Source: Candidatus Omnitrophota bacterium
GTDB lineage: Bacteria; Omnitrophota; Gorgyraeia; Gygaellales; Profunditerraquicolaceae
Length of the DNA: 64,000 nt
Assembly (NCBI GenBank): GCA_041648915.1
Contig: JBAZOC010000002.1
Location: forward strand, 2,175-66,174
Direction of reading: 5' to 3'
Made by a program: the position numbers and the translations under genes
Notes under the pieces: generated by a model
Told to the model about the DNA's origin: nothing
What the model saw: only the letters and a program-made list of their open reading frames with translations
Database searches by the model: none
Shown: piece after piece, positions 1 to 8,699 of the stretch
Layout: each line of letters begins with the position of its first letter
Numbering within the stretch: the first letter of the stretch is position 1

Positions 1-776
1 CTGAACAGAATATGATGGCGGCAGCAGCCGGCCTGGCTTCTTGCGGCAAGACAGTCTTTGTTTCGACTTTTGCGATTTTTGCTTCCGGCCGCGCCTGGGA
101 CCAGGTGCGTAATTCCATTTGTTACGGTAATCTTAATGTTAAGATCGTCGCCACGCATGCCGGTATCTCTGTCGGCCCGGATGGCGCCAGCCATCAGGCC
201 CTGGAAGATATTGCCTTGATGCGGGTAATCCCGAACATGAATATCCTGGTGCCTTGTGACGGGCCGCAAACTACCGAGGCGATTAATGCCGCATTTAGCA
301 CAACTGGCCCGTTTTACATAAGGTTAGGCAGGCCGAAAGTGCCGACCCTGGAGAATAAGGGAAAGTTTGAATTAGGCAAGGCCCAGGTATTGGCTGAAGG
401 CAGCGATATTACGCTAGTTGCCTGCGGGATCATGGTCGCCGAAGCCCTGGTTGCCGTCGGTAATTTAGCTAAACAGGGCATTAAGGCGCGCCTGATCAAT
501 ATGCCTAGCTTAAGGCCGCTGGATACACAGGTAATACTCAAAGCTGCCCGGGAAACCCGCGGGTTAATCGTCTGCGAAGAGCATAATATCATCGGAGGCC
601 TGGCTTCCAGTATTGATGAAATAGTAGCGGAGAATAATCCCACCAGGGTAATGCGTATAGGCATAAGGAACAGATTCGGCCAATCCGGCGAACCAGCCCA
701 ACTTTTAAAAGAGTATAATCTCACGAGCGCCGATATTGAAAAAGCGGCCTTAACCTGTTTTTCTAAATGTAAGTAA
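1..776 (+). CDS. transketolase C-terminal subunit (split type); 5' end cut by the window edge
   Basis: ORF 12..776 stays open upstream to the window edge. The translation carries the transketolase pyrimidine-binding/C-terminal pattern (AAGLA...THAGISVGPDGASHQALEDIALMRVIPNM...LVACG). Confidence 0.85.
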   Translation, partial: EQNMMAAAAGLASCGKTVFVSTFAIFASGRAWDQVRNSICYGNLNVKIVATHAGISVGPDGASHQALEDIALMRVIPNMNILVPCDGPQTTEAINAAFSTTGPFYIRLGRPKVPTLENKGKFELGKAQVLAEGSDITLVACGIMVAEALVAVGNLAKQGIKARLINMPSLRPLDTQVILKAARETRGLIVCEEHNIIGGLASSIDEIVAENNPTRVMRIGIRNRFGQSGEPAQLLKEYNLTSADIEKAALTCFSKCK

Positions 777-777
777 A

Positions 778-1707
778 TTGGTCATTTATTCCTTTGCCAA
801 AGTCAACCTAGCCCTTGAAATTATCAATAGGCGAGCCGATAATTACCATAATCTCAATACGCTTTTTGAAAGAATAAGCCTCCGCGATAAAATAATTCTA
901 AAAACCCGCCGGGATAATCTAATCAAGGTTTACTGTTCTGACCCAAGTATTCCTCCGGGTAAGTCTAATCTCTGCTGGCAGGCGGCAAAACTGTTGCAGG
1001 ATGCAGGCAGAGTAAAAAAAGGCGTAGATATTAAGGTCACCAAGCGTATTCCCGTCGGTGCAGGTTTAGGCGGTGGCTCAAGCAATGCCGCAAGTATATT
1101 ATTAGCTTTAAATAAGCTCTGGGGGCTAGGCCTTGGCAAAAACAGGCTGGCTGCGCTGGGCGCGCAATTGGGCAGCGACGTGCCTTTTTTTATTTATGAT
1201 ACGCCTTTTGCTCAAGGCCAGGGCCGCGGAGAGAGAATACGCCTTTTAAAAAAGCTAAACAGGGTTAAGCTCTGGCATATACTGGTTGTGCCCAAAATAC
1301 ATGTATCTACCCCCGGGATATATAAAAGATGGGATGCCTGCCTGTCCGGCCGGCAGGCCTGCCTGTCCGGCCGGCAGGCCTGCCGGCCGGCCGGACAGGC
1401 CTTTTCTGGGTTGACAAAGCCTGCCTCCAATGTTAAAATAATAATCTCAAAATTGGCCAAAAAGAATCCCCTTTTTGAGCCGGGTCTCTTATTTAATAGC
1501 TTAGAACCGGTTACTTTAAAACTGTATCCTCAAGTCAGGCGAATCAAGGAAAAGCTCAAGCGCCTGGGGCTCAAGAATGTTTTGATGTCCGGAAGCGGCG
1601 GAGCGGTTTTTGCTACTGTTGCTTCAGAAAAAAAAGCCATAACCTTAGCCAGGAGGCTTAAACAGGAGGGGGGCCCTTGGCGTGCGTTTGCAGTAAGCAC
1701 AGTTTAA
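778..1707 (+). CDS. ispE: 4-diphosphocytidyl-2-C-methyl-D-erythritol kinase (IspE) carrying a 22-codon in-frame GC-rich repeat insertion
   Basis: GHMP-kinase motif KRIPVGAGLGGGSSNAA and C-terminal MSGSGGAVF. TTG start 1 nt after the preceding stop. Confidence 0.9.
   Translation: MVIYSFAKVNLALEIINRRADNYHNLNTLFERISLRDKIILKTRRDNLIKVYCSDPSIPPGKSNLCWQAAKLLQDAGRVKKGVDIKVTKRIPVGAGLGGGSSNAASILLALNKLWGLGLGKNRLAALGAQLGSDVPFFIYDTPFAQGQGRGERIRLLKKLNRVKLWHILVVPKIHVSTPGIYKRWDACLSGRQACLSGRQACRPAGQAFSGLTKPASNVKIIISKLAKKNPLFEPGLLFNSLEPVTLKLYPQVRRIKEKLKRLGLKNVLMSGSGGAVFATVASEKKAITLARRLKQEGGPWRAFAVSTV
1336..1401 (+). repeat. GC-rich tandem/palindromic repeat inside ispE: two 21-nt units gcctgcctgtccggccggcag plus an inverted variant gcctgccggccggccggacaggcc
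   Basis: Read directly at 1336-1356, 1357-1377 and 1378-1401. It translates in frame as ACLSGRQ-ACLSGRQ-ACRPAGQA. Unit 2 and the third segment are near reverse complements. Confidence 0.9.
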
Positions 1708-1722
1708 TCGAGAGCAGCTAGC

Positions 1723-1757
1723 CTGTCGGCCGGCAGCCAGGACTGCCGTAGGCAGTC
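1723..1757 (+). repeat. two GC-rich palindromes in the ispE-spoVG spacer (ctgtcggccggcag; gactgcc-gta-ggcagtc)
   Basis: The first is a near copy of the intragenic ispE repeat core. The second is a 7-3-7 inverted repeat that directly abuts the agggaggg Shine-Dalgarno of the next gene. Confidence 0.7.
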
Positions 1758-1770
1758 AGGGAGGGTCAAG

Positions 1771-2160
1771 ATGGAGATCACAGAGACCAAGGTAGCCTTA
1801 AGAGATTCACCGGACAAGAAGCTCAAGGCATATGCCACGGTAACTTTTGACAATGCCTTCGTGGTCAGGAATATAAAAGTCATTGAAGGGACAAACGGCT
1901 TATTTATCGCCATGCCTTCAAGAAAAGTAAAACAGCCTTGTCCCAAGTGCGGTTTTAAGAACGAAATGCGCAGTAAATATTGTAATCAATGCGCTGCGGC
2001 ATTTCCCCAAAGCTCTAAGCCGGCTGAAGGGGAGGATAACTCTTCAGCTCAATTGGAACATAAAGATATTGCCCATCCGATAACTCAGAGTTTTCGGGAA
2101 TATCTGCAGAAAACAATTTTAGATGCCTACGGACAGGAGAAAGCCAAAGGGGCTGCTTAG
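1771..2160 (+). CDS. spoVG: SpoVG-family protein with an inserted CxxC..CxxC zinc-ribbon and acidic linker
   Basis: The SpoVG core (KLKAYATVTFDNAFVVRNIKVIEGTNGLFIAMPSRK) and the distal DIAHPI motif are separated by CPKCGFKNEMRSKYCNQC plus about 25 aa. SD agggaggg lies 5 nt upstream of the ATG. Confidence 0.85.
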   Translation: MEITETKVALRDSPDKKLKAYATVTFDNAFVVRNIKVIEGTNGLFIAMPSRKVKQPCPKCGFKNEMRSKYCNQCAAAFPQSSKPAEGEDNSSAQLEHKDIAHPITQSFREYLQKTILDAYGQEKAKGAA

Positions 2161-2174
2161 ATTGAACGCTGATT

Positions 2175-2245
2175 TGGGATGTCGTCCAATGGTAGGACAC
2201 GAGAATTTGGGTCTCGCTATCATGGTTCGAATCCATGCGTCCCAG
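2175..2245 (+). tRNA. tRNA-Gln (anticodon UUG)
   Basis: Cloverleaf folded by hand: acceptor tgggatg/cgtccca, D stem gtcc/ggac, anticodon stem cgaga/tctcg with loop atTTGgg, T arm catgg-ttcgaat-ccatg. 71 nt, no encoded CCA. Confidence 0.9.
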
Positions 2246-2255
2246 CTTAATAGCT

Positions 2256-3509
2256 ATGCATAAAAATATTGCGGTGGTGATTTTAGCGGCGGGTAAGGGC
2301 GAACGGATGAATTCCAGTCTTCCTAAGGTCATGCATAAAATATGCGGCCGGCCTATGCTCGCTTATGTGCTTGATCTTACGCGTTCTCTAAAACCCGGTA
2401 AGACAGTTATTGTTTTAGGCCATCAATATGCAGTTATCAGGAAAGAAATCCCTGCGGGTATTACCGCGGTCAGGCAGAGAAGGCTTCTGGGTACAGCTGA
2501 CGCGGTTAAGGATGCTTTACTGAAGCTAAAGGGTTTTAAAGGTACGGTTTTAGTGCTTTACGGGGATATACCGCTACTGAAAAAAGAGAGCGTCGATAAG
2601 CTCCTGAAGTACCACGCCGAAAATAAGCTGGACGCGACTTTGCTGGTTGCCCGGATGAATAAACCAAAAGGGTATGGCCGCATCCTGCGTGATAAATATT
2701 CCAGCATATCCGCGATAGTTGAAGAAAAAGAGGCGGATGATTTTGAAAAGGAGATCAAAGAAGTTAACACCGGTATTATTTGCTTTAATAAATCCAGCCT
2801 GGAAGCGGCTTTAAAAAAAGTCCGGCCGGATAACCGTAAAAAAGAATATTACCTTACCGATAGCGTAAAAATACTTTATCAACAGGGTAAGCTGGTTGAT
2901 GGAGTTAAGATCGACAATATTCATGAGGCCATCGGCATAAACTCGCGGCTGGAATTAGCCCGGGCCAATCTGATTATGCAGCAGCGCATTAATGAGAAAT
3001 TAATGCGCAGCGGGGTCACTCTAATGGATACTTGTTCTACTTTCATAAGTTATGGCACAAAAATAGGCCGGGATTCAGTGATTTATCCCTTTACAGTTAT
3101 AGAAAGGGATGTTAAAATTGGAAAACGTTGTTCTGTCGGCCCGTTTGCCCACCTGAGGGAAGGCACAAGAGTCTCGGATGATGTAACCTTGGGTAATTTT
3201 ATCGAAATCAACCGTACTGCTATCGGCGCAAAGACCTTGATCAAACATTTCTCTTATATCGGAGACGCAGTAGTAGGTGCCCGGGCCAATATCGGCGCAG
3301 GCACGGTCACCGCGAATTTTGACGGCCGCTCTAAACACACCACAGTCATAAAAGATAACGCGCTTATTGGTTCGGATACGATCCTGGTTGCTCCGGTTAA
3401 AGTCGGCCGGGGCGCGCTGACCGGAGCCGGCGCAGTAATTATAAAAAATATTCCGGATAACAAGAAAGCCGTAGGTGTTCCGGCGAGAATCTTAAAGGAG
3501 AAGAGGTAG
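2256..3509 (+). CDS. glmU: bifunctional GlcNAc-1-phosphate uridyltransferase / glucosamine-1-phosphate acetyltransferase (GlmU)
   Basis: N-terminal LAAGKGERM nucleotidyltransferase motif and C-terminal left-handed beta-helix hexapeptide repeats. Start moved to ATG 2256 because ORF start 2235 overlaps the tRNA-Gln. Confidence 0.9.
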   Translation: MHKNIAVVILAAGKGERMNSSLPKVMHKICGRPMLAYVLDLTRSLKPGKTVIVLGHQYAVIRKEIPAGITAVRQRRLLGTADAVKDALLKLKGFKGTVLVLYGDIPLLKKESVDKLLKYHAENKLDATLLVARMNKPKGYGRILRDKYSSISAIVEEKEADDFEKEIKEVNTGIICFNKSSLEAALKKVRPDNRKKEYYLTDSVKILYQQGKLVDGVKIDNIHEAIGINSRLELARANLIMQQRINEKLMRSGVTLMDTCSTFISYGTKIGRDSVIYPFTVIERDVKIGKRCSVGPFAHLREGTRVSDDVTLGNFIEINRTAIGAKTLIKHFSYIGDAVVGARANIGAGTVTANFDGRSKHTTVIKDNALIGSDTILVAPVKVGRGALTGAGAVIIKNIPDNKKAVGVPARILKEKR

Positions 3510-3511
3510 AG

Positions 3512-4447
3512 ATGGATAAGCTAGCGATATTTAGCGGCAATGCGCATCCTGAATTAGCGCAGGATATCTGTAAATATCTTAAGGCCAAGTTATCGGAGGC
3601 GCTGGTAACCAGATTCAGCGAAGGGGAGATCCGCGTAAAGATAAATGAAAATATCCGCGGTAAAGATGTTTTTGTGGTCCAGCCGACCTGCCCCCCGGCT
3701 AATGAGAACCTTATGGAGCTCTTGATTATGATGGACGCCATGAGAAGGTCAAGCGCCCAGCGCATAACCGCGGTCGTCCCTTATTTTGGTTATGCCCGGC
3801 AGGACAGGAAAGACCAGCCGCGCGTCCCGATCACGGCAAAACTGGTAGCCAACCTTTTAACTACCGCCGGAGCAAATAGAGTCCTGACTATGGATTTACA
3901 CGCGGGGCAGATCCAGGGATTTTTTGATATACCGGTGGACCATCTTTTTTCCATAGGCGTCTTCATAGATTATTTTGATCAGAAAATCAAAGATCTGGTA
4001 GTGGTTTCTCCCGACGTGGGAGGAATAAAAATGGCCCGGGCCTACGCCAAGAGAATGGGCGTGCCACTGGCGATTATTGATAAGCGCCGGGAGTCTCCGG
4101 AGAAGACCGAGGCAATGCATATTTTAGGGGAGGTTGAAGACAAGAACGCGATTATCGTTGATGACTTGATCGCTACCGGCAGTTCCCTCTTTGAAGGCGT
4201 GGAGGCGCTTAAAAAAGCAGGCGCGAAAAATATCTACGCGGCGATTGCCCACGGTGTTTTATCGGGCCCGGCGATAGAGCGTTTGGATAAATGCGTGAAT
4301 TTAAAAGAACTGGTGATAACAGACAGTATCCCGCTGGACAAGGACAAAACTCACCCGAGAGTCAGGGTTTTAAGCGTGGCGAATCTTCTGGGCGAGGCAA
4401 TCAAAAGGATTCATAACGAAGAATCAGTCAGTTCATTGTTTGACTAA
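3512..4447 (+). CDS. prs: ribose-phosphate pyrophosphokinase
   Basis: Motifs YFGYARQDRK, DLHAGQIQGFF, VSPDVGG and DDLIATGSS. Confidence 0.95.
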   Translation: MDKLAIFSGNAHPELAQDICKYLKAKLSEALVTRFSEGEIRVKINENIRGKDVFVVQPTCPPANENLMELLIMMDAMRRSSAQRITAVVPYFGYARQDRKDQPRVPITAKLVANLLTTAGANRVLTMDLHAGQIQGFFDIPVDHLFSIGVFIDYFDQKIKDLVVVSPDVGGIKMARAYAKRMGVPLAIIDKRRESPEKTEAMHILGEVEDKNAIIVDDLIATGSSLFEGVEALKKAGAKNIYAAIAHGVLSGPAIERLDKCVNLKELVITDSIPLDKDKTHPRVRVLSVANLLGEAIKRIHNEESVSSLFD

Positions 4448-4490
4448 AGCCTCACCTGCTCAGGCAGGGAGAAAAAAGTGGAGTAAAAAA

Positions 4491-5228
4491 ATGGAAGAAC
4501 TATTTTTGGATGCAGAAATAAGGAATGAAGTCGGCCGGGGTAAGGTTAAGGCCTTGAAGGATAAGGGTTTTATTCCAGCTGTAGTTTATGCCGAAGGCAA
4601 GGAGGCCTTGGCGCTTAAGCTTTCACACCGTCAGCTCGTGCAGTTGGTGCATCAGCACCGGATCGAGGGCGTAGTGATTAATTTAAATATAAAAGATGAT
4701 AAGTCAGAGGACAATGGTTCGGCTCCCGATAGCCGAAGCCACAAGAAGCAGAAATCGCGGTCATGCCTGATTAAGGAGATCCAGCATGATCCGGTCCACG
4801 GAGAGATTATCCATGTGGATTTTAATCAGATATCCTTGACCAAGGTCATTAAGGTGAATATTCCCGTGGCCGCTAAGGGTGAACCTATCGGAGTAAAACA
4901 GGAAGGCGGCTCATTGGAGCATATACTTTGGGAACTGGAAGTAGAGTGTCTTCCTACCAGTATCCCCAAGGATATTGAAATAGATGTTACTCAGCTTAAA
5001 ATGGGCGAAGCAATACATGTTAAAGATATTATTCTGCCGCAAGGCGTAAAGATCCTCAATGATCCGGGCGCAATCATCTTAAGCGTGGCTGCTCCGATGA
5101 AGGAAGAAGTACCGGTTGAGGCCGTAGAAGGCGAAGCAGCACAAGAGCCGGAAGTGATCAAAGAGAAGAAAGAAGCGCCGGCTGAAGGCGCGGAAGAACC
5201 CCCGGAAGAGAAAAAAGAGACCAAATAA
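4491..5228 (+). CDS. rplY: 50S ribosomal protein L25 / general stress protein Ctc (long form)
   Basis: GKVKALKDKGFIPAVVYA L25 N-terminus and acidic/Lys-rich C-terminal tail. Start set at ATG 4491 (ggag SD 6 nt upstream) rather than ORF start 4440. Confidence 0.85.
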   Translation: MEELFLDAEIRNEVGRGKVKALKDKGFIPAVVYAEGKEALALKLSHRQLVQLVHQHRIEGVVINLNIKDDKSEDNGSAPDSRSHKKQKSRSCLIKEIQHDPVHGEIIHVDFNQISLTKVIKVNIPVAAKGEPIGVKQEGGSLEHILWELEVECLPTSIPKDIEIDVTQLKMGEAIHVKDIILPQGVKILNDPGAIILSVAAPMKEEVPVEAVEGEAAQEPEVIKEKKEAPAEGAEEPPEEKKETK

Positions 5229-5233
5229 AAGAA

Positions 5234-5824
5234 GTGAAGCTGATCATAGGGCTGGGTAATCCCGGCATACTCTATCGGAATTCCAGACACAATATCGGTT
5301 TTCAGGTTATCCGTTCTTTAGCCAAAGTCCAAAAAACAGCTCTTAAAAAAGAAAGAGGCGCCTTGGCATTAAGTGCCAAGGCCAGGATCGGGGGGGTGGT
5401 GGCGGTTTTGGCCGTGCCGCTCACCTTTATGAATTTATCAGGAGAGGCAGTTAAGCTCCTGCTGAAAAGATACAGAATAAGCTTGGAAGATCTTTTGGTC
5501 ATCTGCGACGATTTAGATCTGGAATTCGGCAGGATTAAACTTCAGCCAGATGGCTCATCCGCCGGGCACCGGGGGATTCAATCTATAATAGATTTTTTGG
5601 GCAGCAGTGAATTTTGCCGGATGCGTATTGGCATAGGCAGGCCCAAAGGGGACCTGGAAGCAAGCGAATATGTACTGGCGCATTTTAATAAAAAGGAAAA
5701 TACCCAGCTACCCGCAATAATAAATAATGCGTTAGATTGCTGCCGGTCCTGGACGCTCGCGGGCACGGAGAAAAGCATGAATATTTTTAATCGCAGGGTT
5801 AATCTAAAAGGAGTTACCGTATGA
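5234..5824 (+). CDS. pth: peptidyl-tRNA hydrolase
   Basis: LIIGLGNPG..Y..SRHNIGF and AGHRGIQSI motifs. Confidence 0.93.
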   Translation: MKLIIGLGNPGILYRNSRHNIGFQVIRSLAKVQKTALKKERGALALSAKARIGGVVAVLAVPLTFMNLSGEAVKLLLKRYRISLEDLLVICDDLDLEFGRIKLQPDGSSAGHRGIQSIIDFLGSSEFCRMRIGIGRPKGDLEASEYVLAHFNKKENTQLPAIINNALDCCRSWTLAGTEKSMNIFNRRVNLKGVTV

Positions 5825-6108
5825 ATAAATATGAGGCAATGTTTATCGTTAAACCGGAATTATCGGAAGAAGAGAGAAAAAACCTTTTTCAACAGATCGA
5901 TGATATCGTAACTAAGCACCACGGTGTCATAGCGCAAAGCGCTCTTTGGGCGGAGAAAAGAAAATTATTTTTCCCGATCAAGAAACATCTGGAAGGCGTA
6001 TATTATCTTTCCAGTTTTTCGCTTGCTCCCCTGGCTATAAAAGAGATACGCCACGCCTACAATTTAAACGAGAATATTTTAAGGGTACTTATTACCAAGT
6101 TGGAATAA
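5821..6108 (+). CDS. rpsF: 30S ribosomal protein S6
   Basis: MNKYEAMFIVKPELSEEE N-terminus. Sits in the canonical rpsF-ssb-rpsR order. Confidence 0.92.
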   Translation: MNKYEAMFIVKPELSEEERKNLFQQIDDIVTKHHGVIAQSALWAEKRKLFFPIKKHLEGVYYLSSFSLAPLAIKEIRHAYNLNENILRVLITKLE

Positions 6109-6117
6109 GGAGAACCA

Positions 6118-6564
6118 ATGGCTAGCTATAATAAAGTATTATTGATGGGAAATTTAACTAAGGATCCGGAATTACGTTATACACCGCAAGGGACAGCAGT
6201 AGCCAACCTGCGTATGGCGGTTAACCGCCGGTACCGCGACAAAAACCAGGAGTTAAAGGAAGAGGTTTGTTTTATTACCGCGGTAGTCTGGAATAAACAG
6301 GCGGAGACCTGCAACCAGTATCTGCATAAAGGCAGCAGCCTTTTTGTTGAGGGGAGGCTGCAGTCGCGTTCCTGGGAGGATAATACCGGGGCCAAACGCA
6401 GCGTTATTGAAGTCCGGGCAGAACGGGTGCAATTCATGGGTACAAGCCCGGCTAAGGCCCAAAGCGTTCAGGCGGCTGAACCGGCAATGGAAGAATTGTC
6501 AACTGAAGCATCTACAGAATCAACTTGGTTAGGCGAAAGCGAGGGCGAAGCAAATGAAAGTTAA
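6118..6564 (+). CDS. ssb: single-stranded DNA-binding protein (atypical C-terminal tip)
   Basis: OB-fold N-terminus MASYNKVLLMGNLTKDPELRYTPQGTAVANLRMAVNRRY. The tail ends ...GESEGEANES rather than the usual DDD(I/L)PF. Confidence 0.9.
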   Translation: MASYNKVLLMGNLTKDPELRYTPQGTAVANLRMAVNRRYRDKNQELKEEVCFITAVVWNKQAETCNQYLHKGSSLFVEGRLQSRSWEDNTGAKRSVIEVRAERVQFMGTSPAKAQSVQAAEPAMEELSTEASTESTWLGESEGEANES

Positions 6565-6850
6565 GACTAAGACCGGCAGTGGCTCCAGGGCTAAGACATT
6601 TTCCAGAGGCAAACCCGGGGATAAAAAACGAGGCTTACATTCCATCGGTAGAAAAAGATTCTGCCGTCTCTGCGTGGATAAGGCAAAATCGGTGGATTAT
6701 AAAGATACCAAAAGGCTGGAGGCATTTATTACCGAGAGAGGTAAAATGCTCTCGAGCCGCTTATCCGGAAACTGCGCCAAGCACCAGCGGATTATTGCCG
6801 AGGCAATTACCAAGGCCAGGTTTATTTCGCTCTTGCCTTATGTGCGTTAA
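6554..6850 (+). CDS. rpsR: 30S ribosomal protein S18 (N-terminally extended)
   Basis: Core CRLCVDKAKSVDYKDTKRLEAFITERGKMLSSRLSGNCAKHQR..A.AIK.AR. gaggg SD upstream. Confidence 0.9.
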   Translation: MKVKTKTGSGSRAKTFSRGKPGDKKRGLHSIGRKRFCRLCVDKAKSVDYKDTKRLEAFITERGKMLSSRLSGNCAKHQRIIAEAITKARFISLLPYVR

Positions 6851-6876
6851 AGCCACAATTTAAAAAAGGCGGTCCT

Positions 6877-7320
6877 ATGGAAGTCATATTAACCAAAGAT
6901 GTAGTTAAACTAGGTAAGGCCGGCGCGCTGGTGAAAGTCAAAGACGGCTTTGCCCGGAATCTTCTTTTACCTAAGGGGTTGGCCGTACCGGTTACCCCGG
7001 CTAACCTCAAAAAACTGGAACAGGAAAGGCAAAAGGTCGCTCAGGGGTTAGAAAAAGACAAACAAGAAGCTATGGCTATCAAAGAGCGCCTGGATGTTTT
7101 ATCTTTGACTATGCCGGCAATCGCTCAGGATGAAAAAAATTTATACGGGAGTATAACGGCGCTGGATATCTCCAACGCCCTTAAAGAAGAAGGCCTGGAT
7201 TTGGATAAGAGCCGCATTATGCTCAGTGAGCCGATAAAATCATTGGGGATTTATGAAGTCCCCGTAAAATTACACCCGGACCTATCCGCGAAATTAAAGA
7301 TCTGGATTGTAAAGAAATAA
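6877..7320 (+). CDS. rplI: 50S ribosomal protein L9
   Basis: MEVILTKDVVKLGKAGALVKVKDGFARNLLLPKGLA N-terminal domain. Confidence 0.93.
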   Translation: MEVILTKDVVKLGKAGALVKVKDGFARNLLLPKGLAVPVTPANLKKLEQERQKVAQGLEKDKQEAMAIKERLDVLSLTMPAIAQDEKNLYGSITALDISNALKEEGLDLDKSRIMLSEPIKSLGIYEVPVKLHPDLSAKLKIWIVKK

Positions 7321-7321
7321 G

Positions 7322-8659
7322 ATGCCTAACGAAATCACGCTAGATAAAATCCCGCCGCAGAATTTAGACGCTGAAATGGCAGTTTTAGGCTCAATGCTCC
7401 TGGACGAAGAAGCTATCGCCACCGCCGTGGAGACTTTGGATAAGAATTTTTTCTATAAAGATTCCCACCAGAAAATATTCCAGGTTATATCCGATCTCTA
7501 CGCCGTAAATAAGGCGGTTGACCTGATTACCTTGACCGATGCCTTAAAGAAAGAAGGCCTGCTGGAAGCTATCGGCGGGGTGAGCTTTTTGACTGCCCTG
7601 GCTAATTCTGTCCCCACCGCAGCTAATATCAGCCACTATGTCTCGATAGTGAAAGAGAAGAGTATTTTAAGGACTCTGATCAACAACGCTACCAAGATAA
7701 TCTCGCTTTGTTATGAAAGTGAGGGAAATATTACCGAGGTAGTGGATAGCGCCGAAAGATTTATTTTTGAGGTAAGCGAAAGAAAAAATCAGGGGTCCTA
7801 CATACACCTGAAAGAGATTGTTAAGGATAGTATTGAAACCATAGATATCCTTTACCGCAAAAAAGCGCATGTTACCGGCATACCTACCGGCTATATTGAT
7901 TTTGATATTAAGACCGCAGGACTCCAGAATTCAGATTTAATCATCGTTGCCGGCAGGCCTTCTATGGGTAAGAGTTCTTTTGCCTTAGGGATGATTGAGC
8001 ACGCCGGGATAATCGAAAAAGTCCCTACGGCGATCTTCAGCCTGGAGATGTCTAAAGAACAACTTGTCCAGAGGATGCTCTGTTCGCACGCGCGGGTAGA
8101 TGCGCAAAAGGTACGTACCGGGTACCTGGCTACTTCAGATTGGCCGCGCCTGACGGCGGCGGCAGGAAAACTTTCCGAAGCACCGATATTTATAGACGAT
8201 ACGCCGGGGATTTCCGTAATGGAATTACGGGCTAAGGCGCGCAGGCTTAAATCCCAGCAGGATATAAAGTTGATTATCCTTGATTATATGCAGTTGATGC
8301 GCGGTTCCAGCGGCATCGAAAGCCGTCAGCAGGAAATTTCCGAGATTTCGCGCTCTTTGAAAGCGCTGGCCAGGGAATTACATGTTCCGATAGTAGCAAT
8401 CAGCCAGTTGTCGCGCGCGGTAGAATCGCGCAACGACCACCGGCCGCAGCTTTCGGATTTGAGAGAATCCGGAGCTATTGAGCAGGATGCCGATGTCGTC
8501 GTACTTTTATTGAGGGAGGAATATTATACCCAGAGTTCTGAAAATCAGGGTGTCGCCGAAGTGATTATAGCTAAGCAGCGTAACGGCCCGGTAGGTTCCT
8601 TAAAGCTTGCCTTCATAAAAGAGTATACCCGTTTTGAAAATATTGCCAGATTGGAATAA
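7322..8659 (+). CDS. dnaB: replicative DNA helicase DnaB
   Basis: PPQNLDAEMAVLGSML N-terminus, Walker A GRPSMGKSSF, and the later motifs IILDYMQLM and SQLSRAVE. Confidence 0.95.
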   Translation: MPNEITLDKIPPQNLDAEMAVLGSMLLDEEAIATAVETLDKNFFYKDSHQKIFQVISDLYAVNKAVDLITLTDALKKEGLLEAIGGVSFLTALANSVPTAANISHYVSIVKEKSILRTLINNATKIISLCYESEGNITEVVDSAERFIFEVSERKNQGSYIHLKEIVKDSIETIDILYRKKAHVTGIPTGYIDFDIKTAGLQNSDLIIVAGRPSMGKSSFALGMIEHAGIIEKVPTAIFSLEMSKEQLVQRMLCSHARVDAQKVRTGYLATSDWPRLTAAAGKLSEAPIFIDDTPGISVMELRAKARRLKSQQDIKLIILDYMQLMRGSSGIESRQQEISEISRSLKALARELHVPIVAISQLSRAVESRNDHRPQLSDLRESGAIEQDADVVVLLLREEYYTQSSENQGVAEVIIAKQRNGPVGSLKLAFIKEYTRFENIARLE

Positions 8660-8699
8660 TTTGTTGCTTTCAACAGCCACTTCCTATATAATAACGCTA

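Noticed and set aside
1336-1401. Possible CRISPR-like or minisatellite array
   Set aside because: There are only two full 21-nt units and no spacers. The array lies inside ispE and is read in frame, so it was classed as an intragenic palindromic repeat. No CRISPR array or cas gene is seen anywhere in the window.
6579-6863. Alternative-frame ORFs overlapping ssb and rpsR (6344..6532, 6579..6863)
   Set aside because: They are out of frame with well-supported ribosomal and SSB genes and have an Arg/Pro-rich composition typical of off-frame translation.
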